Shown in pieces: positions 38,931 through 48,303 of a DNA stretch of 64,000 nucleotides. The stretch is taken from assembly GCA_964469495.1 (NCBI GenBank), contig CAYXYY010000030.1:10262-74261 (forward strand), in the 5' to 3' direction. The notes under the pieces were generated by a model. The model did not search any database, was not told the DNA's origin, and saw only the letters and a program-made list of their open reading frames with translations. Both the position numbers and the translations under genes were made by a program. Each line of letters opens with the position of its first letter. Position 1 is the first letter of the stretch. Source of the stretch: an uncultured Planctomycetia bacterium. Its GTDB lineage: Bacteria; Omnitrophota; Gorgyraeia; S143-82.

Positions 38931-39770
38931 TTATTGGCCTGTGAGGGCACCGGCTGTAATACCTTTTATAATGTGCCTCTGCATCAGCAGATAAACTATT
39001 ATCACGGGGACAACCGTGATAGTCATACCTGCCATCAACAATGGATAGTTGACAAGGTGGGCGCCCTGAAACACCATAAGGCCTCTTGGCAAAGGCATCT
39101 TCGCCTTGTCCTGTAATATCAACATAGCGAGCAGATATTCATTCCACACCGCCAAGGTATTAAATATGATAACAACAGCCAAAGCAGGCATTGCCAAAGG
39201 AATAGCGACATGTCTCCATATACCAAGTTTGGAACATCCGTCTATCCTTGCCGCATCTTCCAACTCCCTTGGCAATTTATCGAAAAAGGTTTTTAACAAA
39301 AATATAGCAAATGGCAATCCCATATTTATTTGCGGCAATATATAACCTATTCGCGTATTCACCAGTCCCAAGTTCTTTAAGAGAACAAACAATGCGATAA
39401 ACGCGCCGGGAATAGGGATCATCATCGTTGCAATCAATATGATATAAAGCGCGCCTTTAAAAGGAAACTCCAATCTAGAAAAGGCAAAAGCGGCCAATGA
39501 GGATAGAATAACAATAAAAAAGACCACAACAAAGGTATAAAATAAACTATTTAAGAAAAATTGGCCAAATCCTCCCTGCGTCCAGGCCAATGCGAAATTT
39601 TCCCAACGCGGAGAGATAGGGAACAAACTCATATCCGTAAAAATACCATATTGACTTTTTAAAGAAGAGGTAAACATCCAGTAAAGGGGAAATAAACAAG
39701 AAAGGGCCACAGCGGAAAGGACCGTATAGATACCGATATAACCCAATACCTTTTTTACCTTATACCACAC
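38931..39770 (-). CDS. Carbohydrate ABC transporter permease (MalG-like).
   Basis: 279 aa with six TM segments. An EAA-loop-like DAARIDGCSKLGIWRHVAIP motif is present. Confidence 0.85.
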   Translation of the reverse strand: MWYKVKKVLGYIGIYTVLSAVALSCLFPLYWMFTSSLKSQYGIFTDMSLFPISPRWENFALAWTQGGFGQFFLNSLFYTFVVVFFIVILSSLAAFAFSRLEFPFKGALYIILIATMMIPIPGAFIALFVLLKNLGLVNTRIGYILPQINMGLPFAIFLLKTFFDKLPRELEDAARIDGCSKLGIWRHVAIPLAMPALAVVIIFNTLAVWNEYLLAMLILQDKAKMPLPRGLMVFQGAHLVNYPLLMAGMTITVVPVIIVYLLMQRHIIKGITAGALTGQ

Positions 39771-39774
39771 AATC

Positions 39775-40746
39775 TCACTCCTGTTTCATCTTTTTGGAAA
39801 CCCACAACTGAAACATTGACACGCTCAACAACAACACCCCAAAGACTATACCTTGGGCGCATGCATATCCAAATCTGCCAGCGCCCTGCATAGACGCCAA
39901 AATCCTCGTTACAGGAACCTCAGTGTGATATGACGGGCCGCCATTTGTCGTCGCCGCAATAATGTCGTAAATCTGCATACTTCCCAAGATAGTCAGAATA
40001 GAGACCAAAATAAATACAGGTATCATCAACGGCACTGTAATGTATATAAACCTGTGCCATGCATTGGCGCCATCCACTCTTGCCGCCTCGTAAATCTGAT
40101 GTGGGATATTCTGCAGACCCGCCAATAATATAACGAATCCCCATCCAAATCCACGCCACATGTGCACAACTGCAACGGCATTTAAGGCCGTTGCGGGATT
40201 CGAAAGCCAGTCCCTAACCAAGTGCTGCATACCCATTTTTACCAATGCGAAATTTAAAATCCCGTCAGGATACCTGAAAATCCATTTCCAGATAAGACCG
40301 ATAACAATACCTGATAATACCGGGGGCAGATAGAATATAACCCTATACACATGGCCTCCCCTGATATCCTTTGCGCACATAAGGGCCAAAATCAAGGCCA
40401 CGCCATTTTGTATCGTCAATGCCAAGAACGTAATCCACGAGGCATTTAGCACAGACGCCCACCAAACCTTATCGTGCAATACTTCAATAAAGTTCTGCAT
40501 TCCGACAAAGGTCATGTGTTTTGAAAGCCCGTCCCATGCCATTGTGGAAAGCTGAAACACCTTAAAAAATGGATACAGGCCAAAGACAATAAACAATATA
40601 AACGCGGGAAGCACAAATAAATAGTTAGTCAAGATATTGGGATCCTTAAAGGACTTCTTTAAATATTCGAGATTTTCTTTTGCATCATTTATATACTTAC
40701 GTACAAGCGCATTTATCTTTTCATTGCTCTTATCTACAAATGCCAT
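39775..40746 (-). CDS. Carbohydrate ABC transporter permease (MalF-like).
   Basis: EAARVDGANAWHRFIYITVPL EAA motif. 323 aa. Confidence 0.85.
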   Translation of the reverse strand: MAFVDKSNEKINALVRKYINDAKENLEYLKKSFKDPNILTNYLFVLPAFILFIVFGLYPFFKVFQLSTMAWDGLSKHMTFVGMQNFIEVLHDKVWWASVLNASWITFLALTIQNGVALILALMCAKDIRGGHVYRVIFYLPPVLSGIVIGLIWKWIFRYPDGILNFALVKMGMQHLVRDWLSNPATALNAVAVVHMWRGFGWGFVILLAGLQNIPHQIYEAARVDGANAWHRFIYITVPLMIPVFILVSILTILGSMQIYDIIAATTNGGPSYHTEVPVTRILASMQGAGRFGYACAQGIVFGVLLLSVSMFQLWVSKKMKQE

Positions 40747-40797
40747 TGCATTACGCTCCTTTTAATTATTGGCCATAAAAACACCTGCCAATAACAA

Positions 40798-42117
40798 TTA
40801 TTTCTGTTTTTCCATCTGTTTTTTCTTCAACTTATCCAGTTCTTCAGCAACCTGCTGAGGAGTCTTTTCCTGTATAATAATGGCCTGTAAGCCTTTACTA
40901 AACGCCTCTTGCACAACAGGATCTTCCTGAACAGGGAAGGTATCCGGATGATAAGCATACTTCATTGCCTCCAAAAAACCCTTAACCTTATCAGGGACAA
41001 GATCTATGCAATTCTTATTTGCCGGTATGTTTTTCGTTTCAATAGCCCATTCCTTTTGCTGTTCAGGCATTGTAAGCCACTTCAAAAACTCAACAGCCAA
41101 ATCCTTTTTTGAGGATTTCGCATTGACAACGAGTCTCGTGCCTGCCCCTCCCCAGATTCCAACTGGATTGGCATTCGACACCTTTGGGGGAAGCATAACC
41201 CCATAGTCAAGAGGTTTGGCAGCCTCTTTTGTCATTTCATCATAAACATTAACCGCCCAGGAACCATTAAACGCCAATGCAGCCCTTCCAAGGGAAAAAT
41301 TCAATTCTGCCTCTTTATTGGACAAAATAACTATACCACTTGCAAAAAGGCCCTTTTTAGCAAGTTGATCAAACAAAGAAAATACCTTTATCCAATCCGG
41401 ATCCGTATAAGAAACCTCTCCTCTGTAAGTCGCCAGCATCTTGTTTTCACCCATAATATTCCAGGCAAAATTAGATGCAAGACAACTGGCAAGCCACGGC
41501 TCACCAAATCCGCTTATAAGATAATCAACACCTGTTGCCTTTACCTTTTCTCCGGCTTTCACAAACTCTTCCCACGTAACAGGCGGATTGTCAGGATCAA
41601 TGCCCGCCTTTTTAAATATATCCTTATTATAGATAAACTGGATAGTGACCACGTCCAACGGCACCTCATAAATGCCGGCAGGAACCTTGAACTCATTGCC
41701 TTCGGAAAAAGAAACGGAATTAATCGCCTGCCTAAAAAACTGTTTTTTCCACTCGGAATCGTTCTTTTTCATTTCAGCTGACAATGGCATTACATGTCCG
41801 GACTTTATAAAATTGGCCTTATCTCTTTTACTTCCCAAAATACCATAGATCTCCGGCAAGGTATCCGTTTGAGCAGATGCCATAATCTTTTGTTTATATG
41901 CCTCGGAAGGAGAAAAAAGCTCCATCTTTACGTATATGCCTGTTTTTTCATAGTATTTTTTGGAAAGTTTTTCTAAAACATCTTGCCTGTCGGAGAGCCA
42001 GTGCCACATGGTAAGTTGTTTTTCAGGCGGGACATCTATCTTATCCTTTTTTACAGCGCACCCTGAAATCAAAACCGCTGCGAAAATACCTATCATCAAT
42101 CCCATTATTCGGCGCAT
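40798..42117 (-). CDS. Extracellular solute-binding protein of a sugar ABC importer. It is a lipoprotein.
   Basis: The lipobox LISGC follows a signal peptide. The 439-aa family-1 SBP size and pattern fit. Confidence 0.8.
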   Translation of the reverse strand: MRRIMGLMIGIFAAVLISGCAVKKDKIDVPPEKQLTMWHWLSDRQDVLEKLSKKYYEKTGIYVKMELFSPSEAYKQKIMASAQTDTLPEIYGILGSKRDKANFIKSGHVMPLSAEMKKNDSEWKKQFFRQAINSVSFSEGNEFKVPAGIYEVPLDVVTIQFIYNKDIFKKAGIDPDNPPVTWEEFVKAGEKVKATGVDYLISGFGEPWLASCLASNFAWNIMGENKMLATYRGEVSYTDPDWIKVFSLFDQLAKKGLFASGIVILSNKEAELNFSLGRAALAFNGSWAVNVYDEMTKEAAKPLDYGVMLPPKVSNANPVGIWGGAGTRLVVNAKSSKKDLAVEFLKWLTMPEQQKEWAIETKNIPANKNCIDLVPDKVKGFLEAMKYAYHPDTFPVQEDPVVQEAFSKGLQAIIIQEKTPQQVAEELDKLKKKQMEKQK

Positions 42118-42174
42118 AATGCCTCCTTTGTGCTAACATGCGGATTAATAATTTACCAAGTCAACGCCAGTCTG

Positions 42175-44052
42175 TCAAGCAGTCGCCAAATTAAAAGGCG
42201 AAACCTCTTTTCCCTTTTCCTCCATAAAAGTCTTTAGGCGTTTTTCTTGTTCATCAAATGCCTCGAATACAATATCCGGTGTTTTATTTTCTTTGTCAGA
42301 ATATATTCCCCTCATTCTATCCAATTTAGCCAGCCAATTTTCCACGTTGATGGTAAATTGCCGCTCATAATCCTTTTCAGTATAATCTATATTCAGAACC
42401 TTCGCAAAAAGCGATTTCAAGTCTTCGTACAATGGAATCATACCAATAGGGGTTTCTATTGCCCCTGCCTCATCATACACCCTTTTCTCCATCCACTTCA
42501 GCCACACGCGTTTATGGTGCATACCGGTCAGATATTTTCCGTCTTTTTTCTGGAAATAGTTCACGCCAAAGACCTTTGGGACGTCATTTACATCCTTAAC
42601 GAACTCCAAGTAATTTGCAATATACACGCCTATGGGTATAGACAAGAAGTCAAGATTTGCCATAGGGTTAAACTTCCGCACACCCTGCTTGCCCAAAGTC
42701 GCTGCTGTTGTCTCTGATTCCAGACAAGAGGCCATTGTAATAATCCCATGCGCCCAATCAAAGCTCTCAAACACAGGCACCCAAGTATCAGAATCCCTTC
42801 CACCAAAAATAAGTCCGCTGAGTTTAACGCCTTCAGGGTTTTCAAGCAGTTCATTATCACAATTCTTTAAATAAGAAAGTCTGATGGTATATCTTGCATT
42901 CGGATGAGAATAAGGGATCTCATTACCGGCATCATCTTTCTTGCCCTTGCGCCAGTGCCCGGCAAAGTTCTCTCCCTCTTCAGGAATCGGCCGACCATCA
43001 CCCTGCCAATAAGGCTGCCCATTGTTTATCAATACGTTTGAAAATATAACCTCGCGAGGAGAAGTCAACACGTCCCAAATCACAGGGTCGTCCTTTGGGT
43101 TTACGTCTTTAATAATACCGAAAATGCCCCTCTCTACGTTAACGGCATACACCGACCCGTTCTTTTTTCTCAAATAAGATATATCATCGCCTAAAACCGT
43201 CTCGCCCTCAACCATACACGTTGACGTCTTTCCGCAAGCGCTGGGAAAAGCGCCGGAAAAGAATGTCCTCCTCTGTTTGTCTTTATTATTGACCGCCATA
43301 AGAAACATATGCTCTGCAAGCCATCCCTCTCTGCTAGCCTTGTTTATAGCAAGGCGCAAGGCCAGTTTCTTCATTCCCACAGTATTTCCGGCGTACTGAG
43401 AATTAGCAGTATATACAATTTCATCTTCCAAATCTATATAAACCCTTCTCTTATCTATGTCCACGCTATTGCCTCTATCATCTAACCTTCCAGCTGAATG
43501 GACAAATCTAAAAAATTTCAAAGAATCCTGCTGCTTAATTGCATCATATGCCGGCCTATACAAGATATCCTCCGAATGGGCAACATAAGCGGAATCCGTA
43601 ATCTGCACTGCATATAAGGAGAAATCACCTCCAACAGGCCCGAGTCCTAAAAACAGGACATACATCTCTTTGCCTTTCATAGAATCCTTAAGCAAACCGC
43701 AAATCTCTTTTACGCCTTCCTCTTTATCAATAACATTCAGGGACTTTGGCAAATCCATATTCGGAGAAACCAAAAATTTTGTGTTAGCCTTATCCCTTGC
43801 CTGATCCTTTGGCCCATCAAAATGCACAGTATGGCCTTCTGTTTTTAATGGCCTCTCTTCTTTATTGGCAATGGCTTTGTTTCGAATATATTCAATATCC
43901 TCTTTAGAGTCAGTTCTGACAAAAATAGAATCAGGATTACACAGCAAAGCAACTTCATCGATAAAATCCAGAATACGCTTATCCTTTACTCCATTCAATG
44001 CCTGAAAACTTTTTTCAGAACACAGTCTTTGCAAGATCGTATAGCCTGCCAT
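42175..44052 (-). CDS. pckG: Phosphoenolpyruvate carboxykinase (GTP).
   Basis: FPSACGKTS kinase-1a P-loop and overall GTP-PEPCK similarity. 625 aa. Confidence 0.9.
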   Translation of the reverse strand: MAGYTILQRLCSEKSFQALNGVKDKRILDFIDEVALLCNPDSIFVRTDSKEDIEYIRNKAIANKEERPLKTEGHTVHFDGPKDQARDKANTKFLVSPNMDLPKSLNVIDKEEGVKEICGLLKDSMKGKEMYVLFLGLGPVGGDFSLYAVQITDSAYVAHSEDILYRPAYDAIKQQDSLKFFRFVHSAGRLDDRGNSVDIDKRRVYIDLEDEIVYTANSQYAGNTVGMKKLALRLAINKASREGWLAEHMFLMAVNNKDKQRRTFFSGAFPSACGKTSTCMVEGETVLGDDISYLRKKNGSVYAVNVERGIFGIIKDVNPKDDPVIWDVLTSPREVIFSNVLINNGQPYWQGDGRPIPEEGENFAGHWRKGKKDDAGNEIPYSHPNARYTIRLSYLKNCDNELLENPEGVKLSGLIFGGRDSDTWVPVFESFDWAHGIITMASCLESETTAATLGKQGVRKFNPMANLDFLSIPIGVYIANYLEFVKDVNDVPKVFGVNYFQKKDGKYLTGMHHKRVWLKWMEKRVYDEAGAIETPIGMIPLYEDLKSLFAKVLNIDYTEKDYERQFTINVENWLAKLDRMRGIYSDKENKTPDIVFEAFDEQEKRLKTFMEEKGKEVSPFNLATA

Positions 44053-44139
44053 AATAAACCTCCTTCATCTAAAAAGCGACATCATCAGATGCTGATAGAA
44101 CCTTTATTTTACATAAAAAACTTAGAAATGCAAAGGGTT

Positions 44140-45684
44140 TTATCTCTGTTTATTCATGGCAAACAATCGCCTTATAAAATCATCTGCCATAAACTTGATA
44201 AATCTATATGTATCCCTTACTGGATTAATATGGCTTTTTGCATCCTCGTGATAAATGCTTTTAACCGGCACAGATAGAATATCCCATTTTTTATCACGCA
44301 CCCGCAATATTATATCTGTTTCTATTTCATACTTATCCCCTGAAAGCGCATCGGGATTAATAGCCGACAGCCTTACCAAACGAAAGCCACACTGCGTATC
44401 TTCTATCCATTTCCCAACATAAAGGGATATAATCAAGGACATAATCCTGTTCGTAAAAAGGCGAATAATCGGCATATCTTGCGGATTGCGCAATCTTGAA
44501 CCGCATACCATACCAACGTTTTCAAAAGCGCACTCCAAAAACTTATCTATATCTTCGCTAACGTGCTGGCCGTCGGCATCCATAAGCAATGCCCATTTAA
44601 ATCCCTTGCGTTTGGCGTATCCCAGCCCCTCTTTTATTGCAACACCCTTGCCTTCATTGCACGAAAAAGACACCACGTCTATCCAAGGATAACCCGCAAG
44701 AACCTCCATAGTATTGTCGGTAGATCCGTCGTTGATAACTATTATATGGTAATTCAACGGCCTAAGCTCGCCCAGGACCCTGCCTATTATCTTTGCCTCA
44801 TTATACGCAGGAATAATAATACAAAGTTCTTTCGCATCTATCTGCTCCGGGGCTTCGTTTATATGCCCAAACATATACCATTGGCCGTAATATTTACTAA
44901 CACACCCCTCTATTGCCCTTGCGCAAAGCTGATGAACCTGTTCTCTGCTTTTCCCTTCAGGATAAATAGGGGCAGATATATTCAGCGTATAGGTACCGTC
45001 TTGGTTTCTTACGGAAAAAGTCGGCACAATGGGGCAATTCTTTCTAACGGCAAACGTTGCCGGGCCGGCAGGCATAAGTATCCTCCTTCCGAAAAATTCA
45101 GCTGGCAAAACCGCCCTTTTGCCTGAAAAATCCCAATCCCCAACCAATGCAAGGCACTTATCCCCGTTCAAAACCCTCAGGCATTTTGATACAGAACCCG
45201 TGGGTATTATCTTTAAATTATGAGCAAGCCTGCCTTGGTCAAAAAAATCATTGATGCGGCCATCCTTATGGGGCAAGGCAATGGCATACATATCATAACC
45301 GGCCTCTCCCAACCGCATCCCGCCAGCCTCCCAATTGCCTATATGAGCCGTAAGCAGGATAACGCCCCTGCCCTTTAAAACGGCCTCTTTCAAAAAAGCC
45401 TCATTGTCTATATCCACCCTCTTCATCAGGGCGGTTTTGTCAACGGAAAACCAGATAAAATCCGCCCAATATTTTACGAACTCACACAACACCTTTCTTC
45501 CGTCCCAAAATGCCCGCCAATACCTAAAATCCTCGCCTTGGGCAAGGCGGAAATTTCTAACAATCCGCTTTTGGTCTGCAGGGGATAAAAAGTATTTTAT
45601 GCTTGCAAAAAAACATAATACCGCCTTGCTTTGAGATGGAAATCTCGGGATTAAAAACCTTGCTATTCTATAAACCCACCACAT
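44140..45684 (-). CDS. Bifunctional fusion. The N-terminal half is a lysophospholipid/lipid A-type acyltransferase (LPLAT, HtrB/LpxL-like). The C-terminal half is a GT2 glycosyltransferase (DPM1-like).
   Basis: The N-terminal half contains RGVILLTAHIGNWE, the HtrB-like acyltransferase motif. The C-terminal half contains IIPAYNEAKII...VINDGSTDNT...DADGQH, the GT2 DxD region. 514 aa. Confidence 0.7.
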   Translation of the reverse strand: MWWVYRIARFLIPRFPSQSKAVLCFFASIKYFLSPADQKRIVRNFRLAQGEDFRYWRAFWDGRKVLCEFVKYWADFIWFSVDKTALMKRVDIDNEAFLKEAVLKGRGVILLTAHIGNWEAGGMRLGEAGYDMYAIALPHKDGRINDFFDQGRLAHNLKIIPTGSVSKCLRVLNGDKCLALVGDWDFSGKRAVLPAEFFGRRILMPAGPATFAVRKNCPIVPTFSVRNQDGTYTLNISAPIYPEGKSREQVHQLCARAIEGCVSKYYGQWYMFGHINEAPEQIDAKELCIIIPAYNEAKIIGRVLGELRPLNYHIIVINDGSTDNTMEVLAGYPWIDVVSFSCNEGKGVAIKEGLGYAKRKGFKWALLMDADGQHVSEDIDKFLECAFENVGMVCGSRLRNPQDMPIIRLFTNRIMSLIISLYVGKWIEDTQCGFRLVRLSAINPDALSGDKYEIETDIILRVRDKKWDILSVPVKSIYHEDAKSHINPVRDTYRFIKFMADDFIRRLFAMNKQR

Positions 45685-45685
45685 A

Positions 45686-46798
45686 TCAAATCTCTAATAC
45701 AAGATGGGCAAGCCCCAGAGAAGAGTTAGGCCTTGCCAGCCTCAAGGCATTGGTATGCAGTTTTTGCCATACTTTTTTATCTTTAAGAATCCTATCCAAC
45801 CGCCTCGCGGCCTCCTTGCCGTCTTCCGCGCGCAAGGCAATCCTGTGTTTTAATAAAAACCTCAGATTATTATATTCCTGCCCGGGAAGGGAATTCATTA
45901 TTATCATAGGCAGGCCCTTGGCCATTGCCTCTGAAACGGTAAGGCCTCCCGCCTTTGTGATAATCACATCCGATGCCTCCATCAACTCGTCAACATTATC
46001 CACGTATGCAAAATTTATCATTGTATGCCGCAATTTCGGCCTTAACCTCTGCAAGGACTTATATAAGCGTTTGTTCGTCCCGCAGATACTGATTATGGCA
46101 AAACGCCTTTCCAGCTTGTCTATCTCCTTTACCACCTTTTTAAAAGGGCCAATACCTTGCCCGCCGCCCATAATCAAGACAACCGGCATATCATCCGGAA
46201 CGCGGAGCTGTCTCTTTATCTTTTGTTTTGCTTTCGGTATTGCAAACCTGGGATCTATCGGTATGCCCAAAACCTTTATCTTGTCTGGATCCACTCCCTT
46301 TTTGAGCATCCTTTCGCGCACATCGTCGGATGCCACCACAAAGAAATCCACTTCAGGAGATATCCAAAAAGAATGAGGCGCATAATCGGTAAGCACGGCA
46401 AACAATTTAAACTGATGGCCGCTCTGCCTCTTATAAGACGACAATATCTCGCAAGGAAATGCCTGCGTAGTTATCACCACATCGGGATTGTGTTTTTTCA
46501 TCAAGCTATGAACCTTTTTCTCAACTTGCTTATATACGAATTTCCTAATCCTTGACGTTGACCTAATGACTCTCGGATTGTCGTACATAACCTGCCATAT
46601 GATAGGCGCTGTTTTTATCACTCCCATATACATACTATTGACAACCTTCTCTATGATAGGAAACACATAATTGAAGAAGTTCATACTAATCATTTCCGTC
46701 TTGGGAGCTAACGATAAAATCGCCTTTTCTATGGCCATTGCCGCGCTCTTATGCCCGGATATATTGGATATGTACAATATCATCACCTTTTTATTCAT
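45686..46798 (-). CDS. GT28-family glycosyltransferase (MGDG synthase / processive diacylglycerol glycosyltransferase-like).
   Basis: MGDG_synth-like N-terminus (VMILYISNISGHKSAAMAIEKA) and a GT-B C-terminal half (ITKAGGLTVSEAMAKGLPMII). 370 aa. Confidence 0.7.
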   Translation of the reverse strand: MNKKVMILYISNISGHKSAAMAIEKAILSLAPKTEMISMNFFNYVFPIIEKVVNSMYMGVIKTAPIIWQVMYDNPRVIRSTSRIRKFVYKQVEKKVHSLMKKHNPDVVITTQAFPCEILSSYKRQSGHQFKLFAVLTDYAPHSFWISPEVDFFVVASDDVRERMLKKGVDPDKIKVLGIPIDPRFAIPKAKQKIKRQLRVPDDMPVVLIMGGGQGIGPFKKVVKEIDKLERRFAIISICGTNKRLYKSLQRLRPKLRHTMINFAYVDNVDELMEASDVIITKAGGLTVSEAMAKGLPMIIMNSLPGQEYNNLRFLLKHRIALRAEDGKEAARRLDRILKDKKVWQKLHTNALRLARPNSSLGLAHLVLEI

Positions 46799-47033
46799 CT
46801 TTATCTCCTACAATCTCCGCCAGGACCATATCCTCGCCCAATTTCTCGCCTTGTTTTTTCAAAATTTCTTTTACCGTTCCATCAACAGGGCTGGGCACCA
46901 CAAACGAGGCCTTATCCGTAACCAATTCAACAAGGTCCTGCCCCTGCTTGACAAAACCACCTTCCTTTACCAGCCATTCCACAATGACCGCATTTTTGAA
47001 ATCATCGCCTATATCGGGAATCCTTACAAACAT
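46791..47033 (-). CDS. Stand-alone biotin/lipoyl-attachment domain protein (about 80 aa).
   Basis: FVRIPDIGDDFKNAVIVEWLVKEGGFVKQGQDLVELVTDKASFVVPSPVDGTV is a lipoyl-domain fold, and the lipoyl-lysine sits in the TDKAS context. The start is taken at the internal Met. It overlaps the lipB 3' end by about 10 nt. Confidence 0.55.
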   Translation of the reverse strand: MFVRIPDIGDDFKNAVIVEWLVKEGGFVKQGQDLVELVTDKASFVVPSPVDGTVKEILKKQGEKLGEDMVLAEIVGDKDE

Positions 47034-47629
47034 AGCCCCTCCAAAACTATTATCAAATTCCTTTGCAGGGCTTTTACCAAATCGTCCCTGCTGACTTTGA
47101 CATTGGCAAACACGCCATCCTCGCCGCAAGGGTATACGCGCTCATTTACACTATCGTCCAATTTATACGTAATGCCGGCGCCAAACCTCGTAATCCAATG
47201 CCTAACCCCTACACCAAAAGAGGCCACCTTTCCCATTCCAATCCAAAGCCCCCTGTTGCGCCGTTCAATCCCTCTTATGTTCATATCAAACAGTGAAGAA
47301 TAAACGACGTCTTCCAATAATTGCATCCATTCCTTGATGCCAAGGCCTATGGCCTTTAGATTCATTATAACATAGAACATCAACTGCCCGGGGAAATGAG
47401 CGGTTATGCTCCCTCCCCTATTTACTTTTATAAGTTCAACGTCCGAGCCATCTTCCCTAAACAGTCTGCCAACAGGCAGTTTCCCCACAGTAAAAACCAT
47501 TGGATGTTCCGCAAATATAACAACGGCCTTCTGGCCGCCTGTTATATCCGGATTTGATGCAATCTCCTCCTGCCTTTTCAAAAACTCCTTATAATCTATC
47601 AACCCCAAGTCTATCTTTTCAAGAAACAT
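47024..47629 (-). CDS. lipB: Lipoyl(octanoyl) transferase LipB.
   Basis: 201 aa. LipB-like N-terminus, and a C-terminal NRGG...TAHFPGQL...region containing the catalytic Cys/Lys context. Confidence 0.75.
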   Translation of the reverse strand: MFLEKIDLGLIDYKEFLKRQEEIASNPDITGGQKAVVIFAEHPMVFTVGKLPVGRLFREDGSDVELIKVNRGGSITAHFPGQLMFYVIMNLKAIGLGIKEWMQLLEDVVYSSLFDMNIRGIERRNRGLWIGMGKVASFGVGVRHWITRFGAGITYKLDDSVNERVYPCGEDGVFANVKVSRDDLVKALQRNLIIVLEGLCL

Positions 47630-47640
47630 AATAAGGCCTA

Positions 47641-48303
47641 TTATATAATCTCAAAAGCAGACCTCAAAGATTTTATTGCCTTTACTCTATCTTCCGCGCG
47701 GAAGATAAAACTGCCGGCAACCAATATATCAACTCCGGCTTTGGCAGTTAAACGCGCGCTCTCGGCATTAATACCGCCGTCCACAGAAATCATCCCCTCA
47801 AACACCTTTCTAATCTCCCTTATCTTCTCAACAGCAACCGGCATAAACTCCTGCCCGCCAAATCCCGGCTCAACAGACATCACCAAAATCATGTCCAAGT
47901 CAGATAAAAATGGCATAAGTTCTGCAACCTCTGTTGCCGGTTTTATTGACAGGCCAGCCTTTGCACCTTTGCTCTTCACAATAGAAATAAACTCCTTTAC
48001 TTCATCTTGGCTTGAAAACGCCTCTATGTGCGCGGTCAAAAATCGCGCGCCTGCGTCCAAAAACGCATTTGCATATCTATTGGGATTCTCTATCATCAAG
48101 TGTACGTCCAAAGGAACATCTGTTATCTTATTTATGGCCTTGACAATAAAAGGGCCTATGGTGATATTCGGCACAAAATGCCCGTCCATAACATCTACGT
48201 GCCACAGGTCTGCCAAAGGCTCCACGTCTGCAATATCCTTGAAAAGGCACGAGAAATCCGCTGAAAGCAAAGAAGGCGCAATAAGGCCCTTATTCAACTC
48301 CAT
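47641..48303 (-). CDS. rpe: Ribulose-phosphate 3-epimerase.
   Basis: IAPSLLSADF...HVDVMDGHFVPNITIGP is an almost invariant Rpe N-terminus. Confidence 0.9.
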   Translation of the reverse strand: MELNKGLIAPSLLSADFSCLFKDIADVEPLADLWHVDVMDGHFVPNITIGPFIVKAINKITDVPLDVHLMIENPNRYANAFLDAGARFLTAHIEAFSSQDEVKEFISIVKSKGAKAGLSIKPATEVAELMPFLSDLDMILVMSVEPGFGGQEFMPVAVEKIREIRKVFEGMISVDGGINAESARLTAKAGVDILVAGSFIFRAEDRVKAIKSLRSAFEII

